Shown one piece after another: positions 23,204 to 35,977 of a DNA stretch of 64,000 nt; the stretch's first letter is position 1, and every line of letters starts with the position of its first letter. The notes beneath the pieces were generated by a model. The model did not search any database, was not told where the DNA came from, and was given only the letters and a program-made list of their open reading frames with translations. Both the position numbers and the translations under genes were made by a program. Origin of the DNA: Moniliella sp. 'wahieum' (Eukaryota); NCBI GenBank assembly GCA_003971905.1, contig RSEE01000048.1, forward strand, positions 1 through 64,000, written 5' to 3'.

Positions 23204-26200
23204 ATGGGTTCGGTGCCCCCCGCAGCTGGCGGCTATGGCGGCGGCGCACTCGCCCCGTCTGGCCCCGACGCGGACTGCTCCCTCCCCACCACGGCCTTGC
23301 CTCTTCGATGGCTCCGACAGCCTTGACGGCAACACCGCTGCCGGTCATGCCGCCACCGCCTCCATCGACCCCAAGAGCCGTGGGAGCTATGCCCCTAGCG
23401 CGTACAGCATGCCTTACGCCCAGTACGACCCCACTGCCGCTGCGGCCCCTCCCTTTCGCCAACGCGAGCCTACCCCGCTTGGACTGTCGAGCACAACATC
23501 CCTCTCTCCAAGGAGGAGATTGAAGACATCTTCATTGACTTGACCGCCAAGTTTGGGTTTCAGAAGGACTCCATGCGCAACATGTACGACCACCTGATGA
23601 TCATGCTCGACAGTCGTGCCAGCCGCATGAGCCCTACCGTCGCTCTCGCCACCATCCACGCCGACTTTATTGGTGGCGAAAACAGCAACTACCGTAAATG
23701 GTACTTTGCTGCGCAGCTCGACCTCGACGATGCTATTGGAAAGGCCCAGAACTTGGGATTGAGCCGGGCCGCATCGTTGCGCCGTGGTCCATCTTCCGCG
23801 TGCCGGGTGGGCGCCAAAGGAAAGAAGCAGAGCCGTTCATCGGCCTTGATGAGCGCAGCACCAAGTCCCTCGAAGCGCCGCCACTCGCTGGCGTGATGCG
23901 ATGAACCGGATGAACGATTACGACCGGATGCGCCAGATTGCCCTTTGGCTACTATGTGCTGGGGTGAAGCTGGACAGGTGCGGCTGACGCCAGAGTGCCT
24001 GTGTTTCATCTTTAAGTGTGCCGACGACTACTACCGCTCGCCAGAGTGCCAGAACCGGATGGACCCAGTCCCGGAGGGCCTCTACCTCCGTGCGGTCATC
24101 AAGCCCCTCTACCGGTTTATGCGTGACCAGATCTTTGAGGTCGTTGACGGCAAGTTCATCAAGCGCGAGCGCGACCACGACAAAATTGTTGGTTATGACG
24201 ACGTCAACCAGCTCTTTTGGTACCCACAGGGCATTTCGCGCATCATCCTTCAGGATGGCACTCGCCTTGTCGATGTACCCACTTCGCAACGGTTCATGAA
24301 GTTTGACAAGATCAACTGGGCTAAAGTCTTCTTTAAGACCTACAAAGAGAAACGTTCTTTACTCCATCTCCTTGTCAATTCAACCGCATCTGGATTCTTC
24401 ATTTCGGCTTTCTGGTACTTCACTGCGTACGTATGACCTTCTACCTCTCTGTTCTCTACTAATTCATTCGATCAGTCCCAACGCTCCCAAGATCTACACA
24501 CAGCAGACACCAACGATCGAGCAGAAGCTTTCGGCCGCATCCCTCGGTGGCGCTGTCTCTTCGTTCATTATGATCTGTGGTACGCTCGCTGAAGCCTCGT
24601 TCCTCAACGCTACCTGGCACAACTACATGCTGCTCGTGCGTCGTTTGATCTTCCTCGGTGTTTCTCTGGGCCTTCCATGTGCCCTGCCATCTACGTGTTT
24701 GGCTGGCACCCGCACGGCTCGGCGCCCAAGATTGTGTCGTATGTGGGCATCGTCTTCTCCGCATGTGTGACTGTGTTCCTCGGTCTAGTGCCGAGTGGGC
24801 GCATGTTTGGCGACCGGGTCGGCGGGCGGTCCCGCAAATACCTCGCCAGCCAGACATTTACTGCTTCTTACCCCACTCTTCCCTGGACCCGCCGAACGAT
24901 CAGCATTCTGCTCTGGGTCCTTGTGTTTGGATGCAAGTTGACCGAGTCGTACTTTTTCCTCACACTTTCGTTCCGAGACCCATTGGCCATTATGGTGCAC
25001 ATGACGGTACAGAACTGTGACGACAAGTACTTTGGCCACAACCTATGCAAGAACCAACCTGCTTTCACTTTGGCAGCCATGTTCGTTCTGGATCTGTGCC
25101 TCTTCTTCCTCGATTCGTATCTTTGGTACGTGATCTGGAGCACAACCTTTAGTATCGGCTGGGCCTTCCGCTCGGGCATCTCGATCTGGACTCCTTGGAG
25201 CGACATGTTCCAGCGCTTGCCGAAGCGAATCTACGCCAAGCTTCTTGCCACGGCCGACATGGAAGTCAAGTACAAGCCCAAGGTGCTGGTTTCTCAGGTG
25301 TGGAACGCCATCATCATCTCCATGTACCGCGAGCACCTGTTGTCCATCGACCACGTGCAGAACCTGCTCTACCACCAGGTCGCTTCGGCCGATGGCACTA
25401 AGCGTATCCTCCGTGCCCCACTTTCTTTACCAGCCAAGGCCAGTCTGGGCGCAAGCCCGAATTCTTCCCTCACGGATCGGAGGCAGAGCGTCGTATAGCT
25501 TCTTTGCGCAGTCCTTGACGCTTGGCTGCCCGAGCCTTTGCCGTCGACGCAATGCCGACCTTTACTGTGTTGACGCCCCACTATTCGGAGAAGATTCTGC
25601 TTTCGCTGCGTGAAATTATTCGGGAGGAGGACCAGAACACGCGGGTAACCCTGCTCGAATACCTCAAGCAGCTCCACCCAATTGAATGGGACAACTTCGT
25701 CAAAGATACCAAGATCCTCGCAGAAGAGACTCAGGGCTACATGCGTCCCCCTTTGCTGATGATGAGAAGTCAAGCAAGAACTCCAAGACGGACGACTTGC
25801 CGTTCTACTGTGTTGGGTTCAAGAGTGCTGCGCCAGAGTACACACTGCGTACCCGATTTGGGCATCGCTCCGTGCTCAAACGCTCTACCGTACCGTCTCT
25901 GGCTTTATGAACTACGCCAAGGCGATCAAGCTTCTTTATCGTGTGGAGAACCCCGAGGTGGTGCAACTCTTCGGCGGCAACACGGAGAAATTGGAGCGTG
26001 AGCTGGAGCGCATGAGCCGACGCAAGTTCAAATACGTTATCACAATGCAGCGCTACTCCAAGTTCAACAAGGAAGAACATGAGAATACCGAGTTCTCCTT
26101 CGTGCCTACCCGACTTGCAGATGCGTACCTGGATGAGGAAGCGCCGCGAAAGGATGGTGGCGAGTCGCGCTGGTTCTCGGTTTTGGTTGACGGTCATTCA

Positions 26201-28560
26201 GAATTCTTCCTAACGGAAGGCGCCGTGCTAAGTTCCGTGTCGAGCGCCGGGCAACCCAATCCTGGGGACGGCAAATCCGACAACCAGAACCATGCCATCA
26301 TCTTCCTCCGTGGCGAGTTTGTTCAGCTGATTGACGCTAACCAGGACAACTACCTGGAGGAGTGTCTCAAGATTCGTTCTGTGCTCGGCGAGTTGAGGCG
26401 TTCGATGTCTCCCACGCAAACCCGTATGGCAAGAACCACTCTGAACATGCCAAGGCACCTGTAGCCATCGTCGGTGCGCGTGATACGTCTTCTCGGAGAA
26501 CATTGGTATTCTCGGCGACAATGCGGCCGGTAAGGAACAAACGTTTGGTACTCTTACTGGGCGTGGTTTGGCCAACATTGGTGGTAAACTCCACTATGGT
26601 CACCCTGACTTCCTCAACACGATCTTTATGACAACCCGTGGTGGTGTGTCCAAGGCCCAGAAGGGGCTTCACCTTAACGAGGACATTTACGCTGGTATGA
26701 TGGCGTTCAACCGGGTGGGCGGATCAAGCATTGCGAGTACTACCAGTGTGGCAAGGGGCGTGACCTTGGTTTTGGTACCATTCTCAACTTCACCACAAGC
26801 TGGGCAACGGGATGGGCGAACAGCTGCTTTCGCGTGAGTACTACTACATGGGCACCCAACTTCCTATGGACCGTTTCCTCACGTTCTACTATGGCCACCC
26901 TGGTTTCCAATTGAACAACGTGATCGTCATCATGTCGGTCCAGCTTTTCATGTTGGTCTGTATGTTTGTCGGTACGCTCAACTCGTCGCTGCGGGTGTGC
27001 AAGACGACGCATAACAACTACATTGTTGGCACGTCGGGTTGCTACTACCTTGACCCGGTCTTCTCCTGGCTCAAGCGTACGGTCATCTCGATCTTCCTCG
27101 TCTTTGCCATTGCATTCTTGCCACTGTTTATGCAAGAGTTGTGCGAGCGTGGTGCTCTCAGCGCCGTTTCCGTTTGGCGCGCCAGATCCTGTCCCTCAGC
27201 CCCGTCTTTGAGGTATTCAGTACCATGATTTACTCCAATTCGCTCTTGTCCAATCTCACCTTTGGGGGGCGCGGTACATTGCCACTGGCCGCGGGTTTGC
27301 CACGACCGCCAGAGCTTGCGTTGTTGTTCAGCCGGTTTGCTGGTCCGTCGATCTATTCCGGCACACGCTTGGTGTTACTGCTGCTTTACACCACTTTCAC
27401 GGTCTGGTTCTACCACCTGATCTACTTCTGGATCACGTGTGTCTCTCTGCGTTGCGCCCTTCATCTTCAATCCGCACCAATTCTCCATCTCGGACTTCCT
27501 TGTGGACTACCGTGAGTTCCTTCGCTGGATGTCGCGTGGCAACTCGCGCTCGCATGCCAACTCCTGGGTCGGCTACTGTCGTCTGAGCCGGACCAAGGTG
27601 ACTGGGTACAAGAAGAAGCGTCTAGGCCATCCGTCGGAGAAGCTAGCGGGTGACGTGCCCCGGGCTGGCTGGCGTACCATCATCTTCGTCGAATGCTTGG
27701 CACCCATTGCGATGGCGGTGATCTTTGTGGTGGCCTATGCGTTTGTGAAGTCGTTCCACCGCCCTACGGACCCTCCTTCGGGCGCGATCGTGCGTGTCGC
27801 TATCATCTCCCTGGGCCCGATTGCACTCAATGCGGCGGTCCTGCTCATCTCCTTTGTCATTTCCATCTTCTTTGGTACGGCGTTGAGCAAGTGCTGTGGC
27901 CGGTTTGGCTCCATCATGGCCACTATGCCCACAGCATTGCTGTGCTGGGGATGATTGCAGCGTTTGAGTTTTTGTGGGTGATTGAGCTGTGGAGCCCGTC
28001 GCATGCACTGCTGGGATTGATTGCAGTCATCGCAATCCAGCGCGCTATCTTCAAGGTCCTGATCGCTCTTGTCCTGTCGCGCGAGATGAAGCATGACGAG
28101 ACAATCGTGCGTGGTGGACGGGGAGGTGGTATGGTCGTGGGCTGGGCGCACATGCCTTCTCTCACCGCTGCGTGAGTTTGTGGTCAAGATTATTGAGATG
28201 AGTTGCTTCTCAGCCGACTTTATCCTGTACGTCGTTCCTATCCTTTTTTGACTGCATCAATAACTAACCGAGACCGGATGACCTCCACCAGCTGCCATAT
28301 CTTGCTGTTCGCTTTGGCCGTGCCCATGCTGTTCCCCTTCATGGACCGACTGCATTCGATGATGCTCTTCTGGCTCCGGCCTGGTCGGCAGATGAACAAG
28401 CCCATCTTCTCCTCCGCCAACGGAAGCAGCGTCGCTCCATTGTGTTGCGGTACGGTCTCTTGTTCCTAGCGTGCTATGCGGGCTTTGTTGCGCTCATCGC
28501 AGTGCCCGTCACTTCCCGCACTGGCTCACGTACCACTGCACTATCTGCAAGAGCTTCTAG
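23204..28560 (+). CDS. FKS1: 1,3-beta-glucan synthase catalytic subunit (many assembly frameshifts)
   Basis: [137 protein letters not shown]...[30 protein letters not shown]; introns ~24427-24475 and 28227-28291; ends ICKSF*. Confidence 0.98.
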
Positions 28561-29211
28561 AACACTCGCTTCCGTGTGGACTGCCCCCCCTCCTCCTCCC
28601 TCTCTCCTCTCTCCCCTCTTTTCCCTCTTTCCCTCATTTCCTCATTTCCGTTTTCCCCTGCCCCCCTCCTCACCGAAACCCTTCCAAGCCTTTCTCCCCT
28701 CTTGTCATGTTCCTGTCTCGTGTCCTCCCCTTTTGGCTCGTATCCATGCCGGTTCGTCTATGCGCTGTTGTGTTGACCTGGGGAAGCCTGCGTCCCTGAA
28801 ATTCAGAACTGAGTACCAAGAACCTCTCCCATAGCTATGGATTCCGCGTTACATGTTACACCCCGTTCGTTTTCGTTGACATTGGAACTAAGCATGTAGC
28901 TCATGTACCAAGCCATCATTTCGCCATTTGGTGTTCGCTGTGTCGGGCCAGGGTTCGCCGTGGGCTGGGCACAATGCCGCTCTTCAAATTGGGCTGCCAG
29001 GGTTATCTATGAGAGTAGAGGGCGGAGGGCCAGAGGGTGCATCATAGTGGCCAGCGGCCGTCCATTGCGTCAAGGCAATAGTTTTGCAAGTCGGCAAACG
29101 ACCAGGAAGGGGAACCAAGGCATATCTCTCTCTCAATCAAGCGAGGAGTCGAGCTCAAGACGAGGGACGTCCGAGGGCAAACGGACATGCGCGTTGAGCT
29201 ATGGTCGTCCC

Positions 29212-29755
29212 TTAGGCCGAGGCACGAGCGACGGCCGGGTTGACCTTCTTGCCGTCCTTGTTGAAGCGCACGCGCACGGGTGGGGCGCGGTTACGGCGGT
29301 CCACACGGGAGCGGACACGGACCGTCTTGGAGTGAATAGCGCACGAGACGCAGTAGTGCACCTTGTTGTACAATTTGGGAAGCGTGTATTCGGCGTAGAC
29401 CGAGGCCTCGCTCATGTCCCGTACGGCGGGCCGCTTCCACCACGTTGCGCACGGTAAAGCGTTTGATGGCCTTGTCCTTCGGAACGGCGCGCGAGCAGTT
29501 GGAGCACCGGACAAAGTTCACATGCCCACGGCCGTGCTTGTTGCGACCCCCGTTGCGGCGCTTGGTCGTCACTGTTCACACATGGTTAGCCTCGGTTCGG
29601 TACCACGCCCCTGAGGGGTTACCACAGGGGAGCAAGCGTTCTCCCTCTCCCCCATCCTCCTGGGCGAGGGCGAGTCAGACGCGGGCAGCGAAAACGGTAC
29701 CCGCGCTAGGACCCTGATCCTCTCCCTCTTTGAAGAGCAACTTGAGCAACTTACT
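29212..29755 (-). CDS. RPS26: 40S ribosomal protein S26 (eS26)
   Basis: [48 protein letters not shown]...[35 protein letters not shown]; intron 29572-29754 (GTAAGT...GCTAAC...CAG) splits the ATG; one frameshift near 29430. Confidence 0.96.
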
Positions 29756-29878
29756 CTTGGTGTCAGTGCTGGCGGATGTGCGGACAGAACGTCGTGGCGC
29801 GGCTGAGCAAGCCAAGGCAATGAATGGGCTGGCTGAGACCGAAACACAGTGAGACTGCCCCCGCGCTACCACACCCAG

Positions 29879-29902
29879 AAACCCTATTGACGACTAGGGT
29901 TT
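29879..29902. promoter_or_regulatory. Inverted telobox-like pair AAACCCTA-N8-TAGGGTTT in the RPS26/ABZ1 divergent promoter
   Basis: AAACCCTA at 29879-29886 and its exact reverse complement at 29895-29902, about 125 bp upstream of the RPS26 start. Confidence 0.55.
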
Positions 29903-30520
29903 GGCGCAATAAAATCATCTGTCGTTACCTGTGGCAGCTTGACTATGGCAATGGCCATGGCAATGGGCGCTCGATGTTTGTCTTGTGTGCGGTCCTGTCG
30001 TTTGAGGTGCCCCCGAGAACGCTGGAAGACGAGCAAAACCTCAGGGCTGAATACGATAAACTGAGGAATTTGGTCCCAGTACGGTTTGGGTCAATATTGG
30101 GCTGCCCTACCCGCTGCCAGATGATGGCCTGGGCCCGACACGTCATCGCTTGGCCCTCGATGGCGGACACGATTGGGAGTTCGGGTATTGGATTGGCATT
30201 TCCGGGATGGTGGCAAGATTGAGGACATGTTTCCTTTGGTTGGCCTTCTCGTCGCGACGATCTTCGACTCAAAAAAGCCACTGGGAGTGACCAGTGACCC
30301 TCACCGCTGGTCTTGGATGCATGGGTTAATGAGCGCAAGCGCAGCAGAACTGGCGTGAACATTTTATCTTTTTTTTTCAAAGCCCAGCCACGCCGCCCGT
30401 CGAAGACGCCACACCACTTCTTCTGCGCTTGCTCGGCTCTCTGCTCGGGCGCAGCGCAGCTCAGCTCAGTTCGGCTCGGCGCCTTCCCCCATCGCCGCCC
30501 TCCTCATCTGCGCCAGCACG

Positions 30521-33451
30521 ATGGCCAGCATACCCTCCTCCGAGTTGCCGTGGTCGACTTTGACGACTCGTACACTCGCAATGTCGTCACCATTCTTGCT
30601 CGTCTCTGGGCCATGGCCCACCCGCACGCCAACATCGACCAACTGGTGCGGGAGTATGTTGTTGTCCTGCCCCATACCTCTCCGCTCCTAGCATCATCCC
30701 AAGGCGTTCAAGAGCTGTTGTCCAATGTGGATGCCCTAGTTCTCAGTCCCGGACCTGGCTCCCCTCACCTCGCCTCTGACTTTGGTGCAGGCCAGAGAGT
30801 CTTGGCATGTCTCTTGGCTCAGGCGCCTGAAGCACAGGTGCCCATGTTGGGCATCTGTCTTGGTCACCAAGGACTGGCTGCTGCGTTTGGAGCTACTACG
30901 CGACCCTCCCGTTTTGTGCGGCATGGAGTACGAAGTCAATTGCATTGGACTCGGCCTGGGCCGGCTCGGGGAGTTACTGTATCGAATGACAAGGGTGTAG
31001 CCACCCCTGCTTCTACGCCTCCCCGCGCGAAATCGGCCGCGACCTTTTCGCTGGGTTGGAACAGGGCCGAGGTGATCCGTTACAACTCCCTGACTGTCGA
31101 TCCAGACACGTTGTCCTCTGTGCCCGAGCTGGAGGTGACGGCATGGGGGTTGGACCAATGGGAATCCGATCTGGCCCAACCAGCGCCAACCAAGCCCGAG
31201 CAGGAGTCCCTGGCGGGTCTAGTGGGCGAGTTGGGATTTGCCTTTGACAGGTGCGATGCCAAGTTGCAAGGGACCCGAGGCTCTCGCGGCGGGAAAGAAC
31301 CCGAGGCCGTCGTTCTTGCCATCCGCCACACCGCTAGGCCTTTGTGGGGGGTTCAGTTTCACCCGGAATCCATTGATTCCGAGGGAGGGGAGGTAATGCT
31401 GACCAACTTTCTTCGTCTATCTCTTGCGCACCAGCTTGGGTTAAACAAAGGGTCACGTGGTCCACAAGCGCCTCCCTCGCCGTTACCTCCTCACATCATC
31501 AATGGCACAGGTTGCCCCAGGGCTCTTGACCCTGGATTCCCTGCCAACATCAGGAGAGGAACTGGACTCCAGGTGGAGCATCATCCGTTGTTCTTCCTCC
31601 TCCTATGGTGGACGTGAGCGAGGTATACTCGGCTCTATTCTCGCCCGACATGCACTCGTTTGCCGCGTCTGGCTTGACTCGGCTGCCCCCGTTGGTCACG
31701 GGACAGAACCACAATGGTCTTACATGGCTCTCCCACAATGCTGGTTTGTCTATCGTCATTCTGTTCTGGCGAAAGGGCACCGGAACCGTCACTGTTCACC
31801 TTGGCAAAGGACGAGGACAGAAAGAATTCCCCCTGCAACAGGGGGAGGATTGGTGGTCAGTGGTGGATTCCCTGCAACGGAGGATGAGTTACTCTCTCGA
31901 CTCCCGAGAGGGAACCGAAGCCCCTTTTCAAGGTGGTTTGATCGGGTACTTTGGATATGGCATGCGGTACGAGTCCGTCCTCGCCCCTCGTCCTGGGGGC
32001 AATGTCCCCATGGTCAACCTGGTTCAAGCGCGCCCGATTCAGAGCTTGCATTGTGCTTGCGGTTGGTAGCTTGGAACCACCAATCGGAGAATGGAGTGCC
32101 CATGCCCACTGTATCGTTCTCCGCCCCATGCACAAAGGTCGACAGGAACGGCTGACCAAATCATGTCCTATGCCTTGACGTCAGTTCCAAATGGCCGGGA
32201 TTGGATTGAATCGGTCCAAACAACTTTTCCAAGTTACATGCTTCTTCGGAGAAAGCGCACGCGACCGTAATGCCCTGACCCATTCTAGAACGGAGAAAGA
32301 AGAGCGTGCGCTGCCCCCCTTGGTACCGGAGGATACCCCGCAAGCATACGCCTCCAAGGTGCAAGCATGTCGCGCGTTGATTGGGGCGGGTGAAAGCTAC
32401 GAACTGTGCTTAACCACTCGGTTGCGTGGCCAGCTCCATCCAATACCACCTAGGGGCCTGGAGAGGCAAGCCCATTGGGATGTGTACAACCGTCTACGCA
32501 CCCGTAACCCCGCACCCTATGGTGCTTATGTTCCTCTCCCCGATGTAGACGGTACGGTGAGGACGGTTGCTTGCTCCAGTCCTGAACGGTTTCTCTCCGT
32601 CTCTGCGCAGGGACAGGTCACCATGAAGCCCATTAAGGGCACTCTTCCTCGGGCAGGGTATGGCCTAGGGGAAGAAAGGTACCGAGACCATCCCAGTGAC
32701 TCGCCTGAGGAAAGGAGGAGAGAAACGTCTCTGGCGTACAGAGATGGATCAAGCTCGTATTCAACAGCTCCGTCGGACCGCAAGGAACGCGCTGAAAACT
32801 TGATGGTATGCCCCCCCGCCCCCCTCATCCCTTCAGATCTGCCGATTGGATCCCACAAGACTGACATTTGGTTCAGATTGTTGATCTTATCCGTGCCGAC
32901 TTGGAGGCCCACTGTGTCGCCGGTTCGGTCACGGTGCCCAGTTTGATGCATGTTGAGTCGTATGCCCGTGTGCACCAACTCGTTACCACCGTAACAGGAC
33001 AACTTCCCCTTGTGTCCCAGGTTGCCCGCTCGGAAGACAAGACCGTCTTCACGCAGCACACGGGCGTGGGTGCCACGCTACGCCAAGCGTTTCCTCCTGG
33101 AAGCATGACGGGTGCGCCTAAGCGTCGGTCTGTCCAACTCTTGAGCAACTCGAAGCAGCAGGTCGCCACTCCTTTGCCAACGCCCAAGAGCGTGGTGCGT
33201 ACGCTGGCATTCTGGGCTGGATCGATTTTGGCGGCGCGGCCGATTTCAACGTGGTCATCCGCACCGGTCCTGGCGGGTCGGAGGTCACGCTCGGTGCAGG
33301 CGGTGCGATCATGTATGCATCGGACCCCGAGCGCGAATGGGAGGAACTTTTGCATAAAGCACGATCGGTCGCTCCTATCCTCCTTGAAGGAGAGGGACGA
33401 GTAACGTGTCCTCTTCGCCTGCCCACCTTGCCCTACTGCCCTTTTGGTTAG
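30521..33451 (+). CDS. ABZ1: Aminodeoxychorismate (PABA) synthase, PabA glutamine amidotransferase fused to PabB
   Basis: VVDFDDSYTRN, VLSPGPGSP, PMLGICLGHQG, LWGVQFHPES (class I GATase); PFQGGLIGYFGY, IGAGESYELCLT, SSPERFL, MKPIKGT, KERAENLM|IVDLIRADL (intron 32806-32876), FPPGSMTGAPK, VIRT, GAGGAI; stop at 33404 or 33451 depending on frameshift. Confidence 0.93.
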
Positions 33452-34039
33452 CTCCTTCGTGCCTCCATTTCCCCCCATATGCGGCGCGATACTGTGGCCC
33501 GTCGCGACCATCGACCGCGCTCGCATTCCACGGTACAAGCTCACATCATGCCCCCCTCTTTCCTCTTCGACGTGCTTGCCCATCGAACTACGTTCCCAGC
33601 TATTTCCCACTAACACTAACATCCCCACCATATTGCCACCACCATTGCCACCACCCACTGTGGATCCAATTGGTCGCCCATTACCTCAACGTCTCTGTCT
33701 TGCTGTACACTCAACTGTTGACATCTAATACTACACACGGCACTTTGCTTGGATGCTGATCTAAATACGAACAACCCAACCTAATCTACGTGATCCAGCT
33801 ATATTGCTACACGTGAGCTTGAGCACACGCGGGAGTTCTTTGAAACGTAGAGCAACACATTCTCTAAGTATGGCAAGAGGTACACCACTATCGGCGTATC
33901 CAACTTCCCATCGTTAGAGCAAAGAGGAAAACCAAAAAGATAAAAGCAGGGAGAGGAGCGATTCAATAACCGGGATGGCCCCATTTGGTGGCAACACAGA
34001 TCAAGTTATACCTGAGGGGCACAGGCACCCCTTCCGGGG

Positions 34040-35205
34040 TCAAGTTGGCGGAATGATCCGTTCCCGCTGCGACCGCCGCCGCCGCAGCAGCAGCAGCTTC
34101 TGCATCGGAAATTGGGGCAGGGGCAGGGACAGAGGCAGGGGCAGGGGCAGGAGCAGGAGGCGGGGCGCAGGGCTAGGGGATTGCACTGACTCATTTTGGT
34201 GTGCTTCCGTCGAAGTAACCTCATGCTTGACCCCCGACGTAAGGTCGTGGTGTTGCGAAGCGGCTTGTGGCAAGATTGGAGTAGTACCGTTAGGCGCACC
34301 TGTGGCAACGGGGTAGGCTTGGGGGTGGGCATGGCCAAAGATGTTAAGCTGATGCGAGGCCGCGAGAACAGACGAAGCACCATTGTACGGGTAAGAATAA
34401 TGCTGTTGGGTCGTAGGATCAGGCTGGGCGGGCTGTTGGGAGGCAGGAGCAAGCGGTTGCTGCGGAGCCGGGTGAGCTAGCAGGTCGGTACGCTGGTTAG
34501 GCGACTCGAGCAGAAAGATCCGATGAGCACGGAAAAGTTTGACCAGTTCACCGTAAAGCCAAGGGTGGGCTTGCGAGTGATCAATCAACCGGCTCATCTC
34601 AACAGACAAGCTTTCTTCCGGTACGATTTGACGGTCGACCGCAGCGGCAGCAGCCGACATGGCGCCGTCGCAGCTTCAACCGCAGCGCGCGTCCGCTTGC
34701 GCTCTTCGGCACCATCGCTGTCCGACTCGTTGGAGGGGTAGCGGCGCTTACGGCCGCCACGAGGGAAGCCCTGGCGAGTGGCGAAAACGTGCATGACATG
34801 GGCTAGGTTCCTGGTGGTAGGCTCCAGGCCAAAGAAAGGCTGGAAGAGAGGCACGTCATGAAGCTCGTTGGGTTCCTGTTTGCTCAGCACATCCTCCCAC
34901 CGCTTCTGATGCGCGACGGCAGTGTTGTGGGTGACGAGCGCGAGATGGCCCGCCGCGATATCCTCCTCATCGAGCTTGGAGAGGCATTTGGGGCAGCAGC
35001 AGATCCTCTTGTGGAGGTCTGTGCGTCCGTTGTTCTTGGCCATGTCGCGCTTCATGGCGGCGAGACGCATCTCGCGCAGGACCTTGCCGGTCTCGTCCGT
35101 GTCGGAGGTGGGGAAGCGCACGAAGAGAAGCGAGTCGGGGTTGGGAAGCGGCGCCGTGGCGGGCGGCGCGGGCGGGGCGGACTGGGGGGGAGGAGGCATG
35201 TCCAT
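34040..35205 (-). CDS. Hypothetical nuclear protein with CCCxxC...H...H putative zinc-binding motif
   Basis: ATG 35205 in GCCATGG context; RICCCPKCL...GHLALVTHNTAVAH; bipartite basic motif GRKRRY...ERKRTR; continues by frameshift into ORF 34040..34660. Confidence 0.55.
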
Positions 35206-35731
35206 GGCGGAGACGGGGCTGCGTCGGAGACGAGCGGGCGATGGAGGGGCGATGGAGCGGAGAGCGGGGGAGCGGCGGCCGGAGAGAGGAGATGTGGGCG
35301 CGGGGCGACGCGTCGGGGCGGCGCTGAGGTTGGTTGGACTGGGACGGGCAGAGCGGCTGAGCAATCGATTGTTCAAAGACACTTCGAATCATGCATTAAT
35401 CAGCGCACCCGCCGCGTTTTAAAATTTTCACCCTCGCGCTGCGCCTTGAAAGTTTTGCCCCCGGCCGCACTGCCCCCGTGCTGCATCGAAGACGGCCGAT
35501 GCTCCGCTGGCACCCGCACACGGGCGCTGTGCCTCCCACGGAGGGTGCACAGCCCCTGTGCTGCCCCGCCCACACAGCCCCTGCGCCCTGTGCGGGTGGC
35601 AAAGCACTGCCCGACGACTGAGAACGACGGGTGACCCGGTGACGACTGACGCGACGGCAGATACCCGAACCCTAGCAGTCCCACTGCACCCACAAGTGAG
35701 CTTGATGACCTAAGATAGCTCGTTCACATCA

Positions 35732-35819
35732 TCCTCGATGGTCCAACGGCTATGATGTGACGCTCTCACGAACACGGTTCGGAACCGTCAAGACCCGGGT
35801 TCGACTCCCGGTCGGGGAA
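35732..35819 (+). tRNA. tRNA-Glu(CTC) with 16-nt intron (35769-35784)
   Basis: Acceptor TCCTCGA/TCGGGGA, D arm GTC-CAACGGCTAT-GAT, anticodon stem TGACG/CGTCA around CT-CTC-A, T arm CCGGG-TTCGACT-CCCGG, T-run terminator. Confidence 0.95.
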
Positions 35820-35977
35820 TTTTCTTTTGCAGTGCCTGCCCAGGGCCCGCTTCACCCCGTACGGGTCAGATCCGGACATGTCGCACCCTCAACAGGCTCC
35901 TCCTACGTGGGCTCAACACACAGACGCCAGAAGGGCATGGGAGAGATCGTGATTGGGCATTGCATTGTGGCCGCTTT

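Noticed and set aside
23204..28560. FKS1 pseudogene or programmed frameshifting
   Set aside because: Motifs are intact and indels affect all genes alike with no shared slippery site; assembly error is far simpler
29572..29754. Intronic snoRNA in RPS26
   Set aside because: No convincing terminal C/D boxes or H/ACA arrangement visible
30521..33451. Bacterial pabAB or trpEG horizontal transfer
   Set aside because: The fusion is the normal fungal Abz1 architecture and the gene has a spliceosomal intron
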